From Candidatus Krumholzibacteriia bacterium (lineage in GTDB: Bacteria; Krumholzibacteriota; Krumholzibacteriia; LZORAL124-64-63): a stretch of DNA of 64,000 nt. A program made the position numbers and the translations under genes. Positions 58,501-64,000 of the stretch are shown piece after piece; position 1 is the stretch's first letter, and the number at the start of each line of letters is the position of its first letter. The stretch covers positions 141,343-205,342 of the forward strand of contig JBFXKG010000007.1 of NCBI GenBank assembly GCA_050174015.1, given 5' to 3'. The notes beneath the pieces were generated by a model, which had not been told where the DNA came from, searched no databases, and saw nothing but the letters and a program-made list of their open reading frames with translations.

Positions 58501-58866
58501 ACCCACCCAGACGACGTTGGGGTTGCCCGGCGCGACGGCCAGGCAACCGATGGAATAGCTGCCCTCGCCGTCGAAGATGGGGGCGAAGGTCACCCCGGCG
58601 TTCCGCGTCTCCCAGACCCCGCCGGAACTGACGGCCACGTAGTAGTGGAAGGGGTCGCGGGGGTCGATCGCGAAGTCGCCGATGCGGCCGGTAGCGATGG
58701 CCGGACCGATGCCCCGCCACTTCAGGCCGGAAAAGTCCGAGCTCTTCCAGGGCAGGTCGGCCTCGTCCTGGGCCGGGACCGTCTGGGCGGTCAGGCCCAC
58801 CAGGAGCACGAGCAGCACGGCGGCCAGACGGCCGCCTGCGGGCAGGTCGGGGGACGGGAATTTCAT
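55561..58866 (-). CDS. secreted VPS10/sortilin-like BNR (Asp-box) repeat protein
   Basis: WRGIGP..GRI, repeated SxDGGxxW, HVDDH, QFY, GGTQDN, GGDGF, ATFGRG, C-terminal coiled coil. Confidence 0.85.
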   Translation of the reverse strand: MKFPSPDLPAGGRLAAVLLVLLVGLTAQTVPAQDEADLPWKSSDFSGLKWRGIGPAIATGRIGDFAIDPRDPFHYYVAVSSGGVWETRNAGVTFAPIFDGEGSYSIGCLAVAPGNPNVVWVGSGENNSQRSVSYGDGVYKSSDGGKSWKNMGLERSMHIGRILVHPEDENVVYVAAMGPLWGPGGDRGVYKSADGGETWTNILAIDENTGVVDLVMDPRDPDTIYAASYQRRRHLWVLINGGPGSGIHKTTDGGASWTKLEGGLPSVDIGRIGLAIPPRAPDTVYAIVEAAHDKGGFFRSLDGGASWDKMSDYVAGSPQYYNEIVADPLDPDRVYSMDTFLQVTEDAGRTWRRLSVRSKHVDDHALWIDPVDHKHLLAGCDGGVYESFDQGENWRFMANLPVTQFYRVAVDYDTPFYNVYGGTQDNNTIGGPSRTTFAHGLSNREWYFLLGGDGFKPAVDPENPDIVYCQWQYGNLNRFDRKSGETLDIQPAAEADEALKWNWNSPVIISPHDHQRLYYACQFVYRSEDMGHSWTKISPDLSAGIDRNRLEVMGRVWSVDAVAKNNSTSFWGSVISLSESPVKEDLLFAGTDDGLIQVLEEKGGAWRRIDKFKDVPENSYVSDVEASRFDPDVVFASFDNHKRDDFKPYVLKSTDRGRSWRSIAGDLPAKGTVYSIAQDHVDPELVFVGTEYGVFFTRNGGVNWTQLKSGMPPIACRDLEIQRRENDLVVATFGRGFYILDDYTPLRGLEPADLEQDALLFPVKDALIYIPSTPIGDAGKGSQGDNFYTAPNPPFGAVITYRLKEGLESLKDIRKEAEKKKVEAEEPVYYPGWDDLRAEDREHDPEVIVTIKDEAGSVVRRFTGPTGAGLHRVAWDLRKPDIGPVNLKRSGPSTPWEEVPAGPLAGPGRYSATISKRIRGEESVLAGPVAFNTALLGNNTTLADDYGALAAFQEEANELYRAVQGAARIARDAQDRLDHIRQAIQDTPGLERGLIDGVDALETRLKDLGVVMSGDRTITSRSEPAPPGISERVGRIRWGLRDITSAPTETMRRSLAVAGRQFAPVLEDLRGLVTQDIPALERQLEAAGAPYTPGRVPEWPR

Positions 58867-58954
58867 GGAGCGTCATCCTTCGGTCGGGGAGGGGGAAGAC
58901 GATCCCGCAGGCGCGCAAGGGGCGCGGCCGGACGGGTCCGATGGTCTTCCGGAT

Positions 58955-58983
58955 GTTATACCAGATCCGGGGGCGGGAGCCAA
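58955..58983 (-). promoter_or_regulatory. sigma70 promoter candidate
   Basis: Minus strand TTGGCT-N17-TATAAC with TG extension. Confidence 0.5.
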
Positions 58984-59043
58984 GCCTCCGGTGGGCGCCC
59001 CTCGGCCCTCCGGGGCTCCGGCCAGGCGGGGAATGGGGCCGGA

Positions 59044-60360
59044 TCAGCCGATGATGTCCCCGTCGGCGTCCCCGGTCAGGGGCAGGTAGATGCGGAATTC
59101 CGTGCCACGGCCGGGCTCGCTGACGACTTCGATGCGGCCCCGGTGGTCCTGGATGATGCCGTGGCTGATGGATAGCCCCAGGCCGGTCCCCTTGCCCACG
59201 TCCTTGGTGGTGAAGAAGGGATCGAAGATGCGGGGGAGGATCTCGGGAGGGATGCCCTTCCCGTTGTCGGCGATGGTGATCTCGAGTTCCCCGCCGACCA
59301 CGGCGGTGGCGACCTTGACGACTCCACCCTCGGCCGGCATGGCCTGGGAGGCGTTGACGAGCACGTTCATCACGACCTGGTTGATCTGTCCGGGATGGCA
59401 CTGGACCACGGGAACCGCCCCGTAATCCCTTTCCACCGTGCAGGTGTACTTGAGCTGGTTCCAGACCATCTTGATCATGGCCTCGATGCCCTCGTTGATG
59501 TCGTGCGGCTTGCGCTCCGGGGAGTCCTCGCGGGCGAAGCTCTTGAGGTTCTGGACGATCTCGGCGACCCGCTTGACGCCGTCCATCGATTCGTTGAGCA
59601 CGGCGTCCAGATCGTCGAGGATGAAATCGAGGTCCTCCTCCGCCCTGACGGAGGCGATCTTCCGGTCGAGTTCCCCGCGCCTCGGGTCCGCAGGATCCGC
59701 GTCGTCACGTTCCCCGTACAGGCGGATCAGGGTCCGCATGGTATCGGCGTACTCCATGATGGTGCCCAGGTTGCTCGAGATGAAACCGATGGGATTGTTG
59801 ATCTCGTGGGCCACGCCCGCGGCGAGCTGGCCGATCGAGGCCAGCTTCTCCGACTGGACGATCTGGTTCTTGTGCGCCTTGAGCTGTTCGTTGGCCGATT
59901 CCAGCTGGTTGCAGGATTCCTGGAGGCGCTCCTCGGCCCGTTTCCGCTCGGTGATGTCCAGGAAGCTGAAGACGACCATGGGGGACTCGCCGTGGTTCAC
60001 CCGGCAAAGGGAACGGATGACCGGCACGGGGCGGCCGTCCCGGTGGATCAGGAATCCCTCCTCGTTCTCGTATCCGGAAGGAATGCAGTAGTCCCCGGTC
60101 CCGCCCCTGGCCTCGGGGATGACGGACGTGGCGAGTTCCCCGATCAGGTCACCGCTCCTGTAGCCCAGGATGCGGGAGGCGGCCTGGTTGGCGTGCATGA
60201 TCTGCCGCAGATCGGTGTTGATGACCAGCAGGCCGGTCAGGGCGGCGTTGAAGATGGCCTGGGAGAAGGCTTCGCCCTCGCGCAGGTCGCTCTCTGCCCG
60301 CTGGAGCTGGTGCACCAGCCGGGCGAGGTCCTTGGGATCCTGGGCGAGCAGGTCGGGCAT
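59044..60360 (-). CDS. PAS-domain sensor histidine kinase (NtrB-like)
   Basis: PAS..DITERK, QSEKLASIGQLAAGVAHEINNP, NVLVNA, DNGKGI, FFTTK..GTGLGLS; alternative start 60444. Confidence 0.9.
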   Translation of the reverse strand: MPDLLAQDPKDLARLVHQLQRAESDLREGEAFSQAIFNAALTGLLVINTDLRQIMHANQAASRILGYRSGDLIGELATSVIPEARGGTGDYCIPSGYENEEGFLIHRDGRPVPVIRSLCRVNHGESPMVVFSFLDITERKRAEERLQESCNQLESANEQLKAHKNQIVQSEKLASIGQLAAGVAHEINNPIGFISSNLGTIMEYADTMRTLIRLYGERDDADPADPRRGELDRKIASVRAEEDLDFILDDLDAVLNESMDGVKRVAEIVQNLKSFAREDSPERKPHDINEGIEAMIKMVWNQLKYTCTVERDYGAVPVVQCHPGQINQVVMNVLVNASQAMPAEGGVVKVATAVVGGELEITIADNGKGIPPEILPRIFDPFFTTKDVGKGTGLGLSISHGIIQDHRGRIEVVSEPGRGTEFRIYLPLTGDADGDIIG

Positions 60361-60515
60361 GACGGCTCCTGGGCTGGGGATCCTGGCAATCCTTTCATCT
60401 CCCGTTTCGACCGTGGAATTTTTTTCTGAACCGAAATGATGCATGGCCGATAAGCAAGGAGGGAAGGTCTCCTTTCCCGCTGGCCTGGTATCGACCCCGA
60501 TCGGGAGTGGCAGAC

Positions 60516-61718
60516 ATGTCGGAAAAGCCCCGCGTCCTGTGCGTGGACGATGAAATCAACATCCTGAAGGCCATCCAGCGCAGCCTGCGCAAGGATTTCG
60601 AGGTCCTGGTGGCCGAAGGCGGGAAGGAAGGCCTGCGCCTGCTCCAGGAGGAAGGGCCGTTCCAGGTCGTCGTCTCGGACATGAAGATGCCGGAGATGAA
60701 CGGGGCGACGTTCCTGCGGCACGCCCGCAAGGTCAGCCCGCAGACGGTCCGGATCCTCCTGACCGGATTCGCGGAGCTGGACAACGTGGTCAGCGCCGTG
60801 AACGAGGGATTCATCTTCCGGTTCCTGGCGAAGCCCTGCTCGGGCAGCGCCCTGAAGGCGGCCATCGACGACGGGGTCCGCCAGAACGAACTCCTGATGT
60901 CCGAGCGGGTCCTGCTAGAACAGACCCTCATGGGCAGCATCCAGGCCCTCTCGGACGTCCTGGCCATGGCCAGCCCCGCTGCGTTCGGGCGGGCCACGAG
61001 GATCCGGAAACTGGCCGTGGCCCTGGGAGAGAGGGCGGAGCTGGATGAACCCTGGCGGCTGGAGGTTGCGGCGACCTTCAGCCAGGTGGGAAGCATCACC
61101 TTGCCCGAGGATACGGCCCTCAAGATGTACCTGGGCCAGCCGCTCTCCCTCCAGGAACAGGCCATGGCCGCCCGCATGCCAGAGATGAGCCGCAGCGTCC
61201 TGGGCAACATCCCCCGGCTCGAGCCGGTTCTGGAGATCCTGCTCTATTCCGGCAAGAACTGGGACGGGAGCGGGGAGCCGCAGGTCCGCATGGCCGGCGA
61301 GGACATCCCTCTCGGTTCGCGCATCCTCAAGCTGGCCGAGGCGGCGGAGAAGCAGCAGTCCCTTGGGCTGAGTCCCGGCCGGACCATCGACTTCCTCAAG
61401 GCCCAGGCCGGGGCTTTCGACCCGCATCTGCTGGGACTGCTGGAAACCCTGATCGCCGACGGGGACGTGATCGAGGAGGTCCGCGGGGTGACCATGCTCG
61501 AGCTGCGGACGGGGATGATCCTGACCGAGGAGGTCCGCTCGACCACGGGAATCCTGCTGGTGGCCGCGGGCCAGGAAGTGACCGTCAGTCTGCTGGAACG
61601 GATCCAGAATTACCACGACACCACCGGGTTGAAGCTGCCCTTGTGGGTGCGCAATCCGGATCTGGATGAGAATCCCGCAGCGGAGGCGGAGCAGCCGACC
61701 TTTTCCCTGGCGGATTGA
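60516..61718 (+). CDS. response regulator with degenerate HD-GYP-like domain
   Basis: CVDDE, SDMKMP, LTG, KP; HD replaced by SQ, WDGSGEP, IPLGSRIL. Confidence 0.8.
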   Translation: MSEKPRVLCVDDEINILKAIQRSLRKDFEVLVAEGGKEGLRLLQEEGPFQVVVSDMKMPEMNGATFLRHARKVSPQTVRILLTGFAELDNVVSAVNEGFIFRFLAKPCSGSALKAAIDDGVRQNELLMSERVLLEQTLMGSIQALSDVLAMASPAAFGRATRIRKLAVALGERAELDEPWRLEVAATFSQVGSITLPEDTALKMYLGQPLSLQEQAMAARMPEMSRSVLGNIPRLEPVLEILLYSGKNWDGSGEPQVRMAGEDIPLGSRILKLAEAAEKQQSLGLSPGRTIDFLKAQAGAFDPHLLGLLETLIADGDVIEEVRGVTMLELRTGMILTEEVRSTTGILLVAAGQEVTVSLLERIQNYHDTTGLKLPLWVRNPDLDENPAAEAEQPTFSLAD

Positions 61719-61736
61719 TCGGGGCCGGCCGGCCGC

Positions 61737-62939
61737 TCACCCGGCCAGGGACGCCAGATCGGCCTGGGAAAAGGCCAGGGGCAGGGAGGGCAGGGTCAGG
61801 TCGAGGCCGGGGACGTCCACGGGTCGGTCTCCGGCGCCGAACACAGCCGTCCGGTCCCGGTGCTTCAGGATGACCGGCTTGATCTTCAGCATCTGTTCGG
61901 CGGTGATGCTGGGCGGATCGAGGATCACGACGTCCACCGGACTCCCCGCGAAGAATTCTCCCATCGGGATCATGGCGTGGCCGAAGTATTCCAGGGCGCC
62001 CGTGGTCCAGGCGGCCTTGACCGCGTCGGTGCAGATCATGACGGCCTTCAGGGGGGGGAAATCCGTCCGCTCGGCTGCCCCGAGGTCTTCATCGGTGGCG
62101 ATCCGCAGGAACCGCCTCGTGTCCTGGACCTTGGCGTCCAGGGCTTCCAGCAGACCGGCGGTCTCCCTGGTGTCCAGCCCCGAGGCCCCGACCAGGGACA
62201 GGAACCCGTCCTGCTGGAGAGAGCTCTCGTAGGTGCTGCCCTGGACGCTTGCCAGGGCGTCCGCCAGGGCCACCAGGGCGGTCAGGGGCTGCTCGCCACC
62301 GGTTGCGACCTTGAGGTTGTGGTGGAACCGGACGGCGTTCTGCAGCCGGACGGGAAGCTTCCAGTGCTTGAGCAGGGTCTGGCCGGCCTTGGTATGGCCC
62401 ATGCCGAGCATCTTCAGTTCGTTTTCCAGCATGTCCTGCGGGCCGAGCGCCCGACAGGCTGCGAATTCTCCGGGCAAGGCCCTGGCCAGGATCAGGTGGC
62501 CGATGTCGTGGAGCAACCCGGCGATGAACGCTTCCTCGGGGTCCGGGTAGCCGGTCTGCCGGGCCAGGACCTCGCACCCGGAGGCCACGGCGATGGCATG
62601 CTCCCAGAATTCCTGCTGGGGACCGCCTTTGCCCGCCATGGCCATGGCCCCCGCCACGCCCAGGCCGGTCGCCAGGTTCCGGATGGCGGCGAAGCCCAGG
62701 ATCACCACGGCGCGGGAGATGGTGGAGACCTCGCCGCTGAGCCCGTAGAACGACGAGTTGACGAGCTTGAGGACCTTGCCGGCCATCGCCTGGTCCGAGG
62801 ACAGGACTTCCTTGACGTCCTCGGCGCTGCTGCGGTCGCTCTCCATGATGCGGATCAGCTTGTTGACCACGACGGGCAGGGGGGGCAGTTCCTTGATCCT
62901 CTTGAGGATCAGTTCGCTGGGGGAGACGGCGACGGTCAC
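61737..62939 (-). CDS. HDOD domain protein
   Basis: GTG start overlapping the upstream stop; ELPPLP, LKLVNSSFYG, FWEHA, AGLLHDIG, HWKLP..AVRFHH. Confidence 0.88.
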   Translation of the reverse strand: MTVAVSPSELILKRIKELPPLPVVVNKLIRIMESDRSSAEDVKEVLSSDQAMAGKVLKLVNSSFYGLSGEVSTISRAVVILGFAAIRNLATGLGVAGAMAMAGKGGPQQEFWEHAIAVASGCEVLARQTGYPDPEEAFIAGLLHDIGHLILARALPGEFAACRALGPQDMLENELKMLGMGHTKAGQTLLKHWKLPVRLQNAVRFHHNLKVATGGEQPLTALVALADALASVQGSTYESSLQQDGFLSLVGASGLDTRETAGLLEALDAKVQDTRRFLRIATDEDLGAAERTDFPPLKAVMICTDAVKAAWTTGALEYFGHAMIPMGEFFAGSPVDVVILDPPSITAEQMLKIKPVILKHRDRTAVFGAGDRPVDVPGLDLTLPSLPLAFSQADLASLAG

Positions 62940-63733
62940 GCGCCCACCTCCTCCAGCAGCAGGACGCAGCCTCTGCGCTCGTGGTCTGGTCCCAGCAGTC
63001 CGGGCATCGCCTTCAGGTCCCGGCCGCACCAGTTGAACTGGAACTCCTCGATGGCGGTGCTTACCAGGCATGACCGGACGGCGGCCACCGCCTCGACGGG
63101 CAGGATGTCGCTCATGTCGGTGCCGGGGATCATGCTGCGCAGGGGTTCCAGGCGGTCCCGGGCGCACTGGTTGGTCAGCACGACCTCTTCCTCGAGGCTG
63201 ATGCCGAGGACCATCAGGGGCAGGGTCTCGACGACCTCCTGGGAGAACTGGAGGCACTTGGTGCGCGATTCGACCGACGCTTCGAGCAGGTTGTTCAGGT
63301 TCTTGAGCTGGATCACCTGGCGCTGCGTCTGCTCGGTGAGACGCCGGTTCTCCCGGATCATGTCGAAGTGGTCGAAGCACTGGCGGATGGTGGTCTTGAG
63401 GGCCTCGTCCTTCCATGGCTTGGAGATGAAGCGGAAGACCTCGCCCTTGTTGATGGCCTCGACGATCACGTCGGCTTCGGCGTAGCCGGACAGCACGACC
63501 CGGATCGTGTCCGGCCACCGCTCCTTGACCTTCTGCAGGAACTGGGCGCCCGTCATCTCGGGCATGCGCTGGTCGCTGACCACCAGCTGGACCGTGATTT
63601 CCTCGAGGAGTCCCAGTCCGGCCTCGCCGCCCAGGGCGGTGTGGATGAGGTAGGGTTCCTTGCGGAGAAGCCTCTTCAGGGAGCTAAGGATGCTTTCCTC
63701 GTCATCGACGAAAAGGACTGCTTTGTCATTCAT
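62936..63733 (-). CDS. response regulator with coiled coil and PAS-like C-terminus
   Basis: FVDDE, SDQRMP, LSGY, KPW. Confidence 0.85.
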   Translation of the reverse strand: MNDKAVLFVDDEESILSSLKRLLRKEPYLIHTALGGEAGLGLLEEITVQLVVSDQRMPEMTGAQFLQKVKERWPDTIRVVLSGYAEADVIVEAINKGEVFRFISKPWKDEALKTTIRQCFDHFDMIRENRRLTEQTQRQVIQLKNLNNLLEASVESRTKCLQFSQEVVETLPLMVLGISLEEEVVLTNQCARDRLEPLRSMIPGTDMSDILPVEAVAAVRSCLVSTAIEEFQFNWCGRDLKAMPGLLGPDHERRGCVLLLEEVGA

Positions 63734-63865
63734 TGCCGGATGACTCCGTTCATGACGCCCTATGGAATACCCCTTACATCCTGTATCGGCGGATCCTCAA
63801 GGCCCTTGAGGTCTCGGTTGTGCCGTCGAGATTGTGCCCGGCCCGGGAGTTGCCCCGGGCCGGAC

Positions 63866-64000
63866 ATGGACAACTCCAATTCCAACCCCGAATCCTGGGC
63901 CCCTCCCTTCTGCCCTAACCCCAAGTGCCCACACCACAACCTCTTGGGCCTCCCCTTCCCCTACAAACGCATCGGATACTTCTGGAGACACCAGCCCCCT
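63866..64000 (+). CDS. start of a zinc-finger protein, possibly IS1-like transposase-related (truncated by window end)
   Basis: ATG 63866 open to the window end: MDNSNSNPESWAPPFCPNPKCPHH..YKRIGYF; atypical C/A-rich composition. Confidence 0.4.
   Translation, partial: MDNSNSNPESWAPPFCPNPKCPHHNLLGLPFPYKRIGYFWRHQPP

Noticed and set aside
55930..59175. Long + strand ORFs 55930-59175 and 40159-43884, and long - strand ORFs such as 5876-9256 and 11384-14323
   Set aside because: Antisense shadows of well-supported genes in high-GC DNA; no recognisable motifs

Overview
High-GC bacterial chromosomal window. The many secreted proteins with PNPFNP/FlgD-Ig C-terminal domains and S/T-FGxxKALFR tails suggest an FCB-group candidate lineage such as Krumholzibacteriota or Latescibacterota (inference). 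Housekeeping genes are nnrD, tsaD, priA, aroB, a four-subunit 2-oxoacid:ferredoxin oxidoreductase, folP-ftsH-tilS, tRNA-CAT and ilvC. Accessory content includes a sigma54-type c-di-GMP signalling operon with two histidine kinase/HD-GYP hybrids, a TauE + UnbV/UnbU-like operon, an ABC export operon lacking its ATPase, a VPS10/BNR protein and a second signalling cluster. The main discovery is at 23.6-30.5 kb: an MtrA-like decaheme cytochrome, an MtrB-like porin, TetR, a hidden lipoprotein cytochrome with 11-12 hemes, and a four-domain rhodanese lipoprotein. The ORF track splits the hidden cytochrome at an in-frame TGA (G-U-GG) that is followed by a SECIS-like hairpin, so it is a candidate selenoprotein. 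Together these look like an outer-membrane conduit for sulfur/polysulfide (or selenium) respiration. A second notable region (30.9-43.7 kb) is a mirror-symmetric cluster of secreted cohesin/dockerin-like proteins around an asparagine-synthase-like ligase that lacks its glutaminase cysteine.
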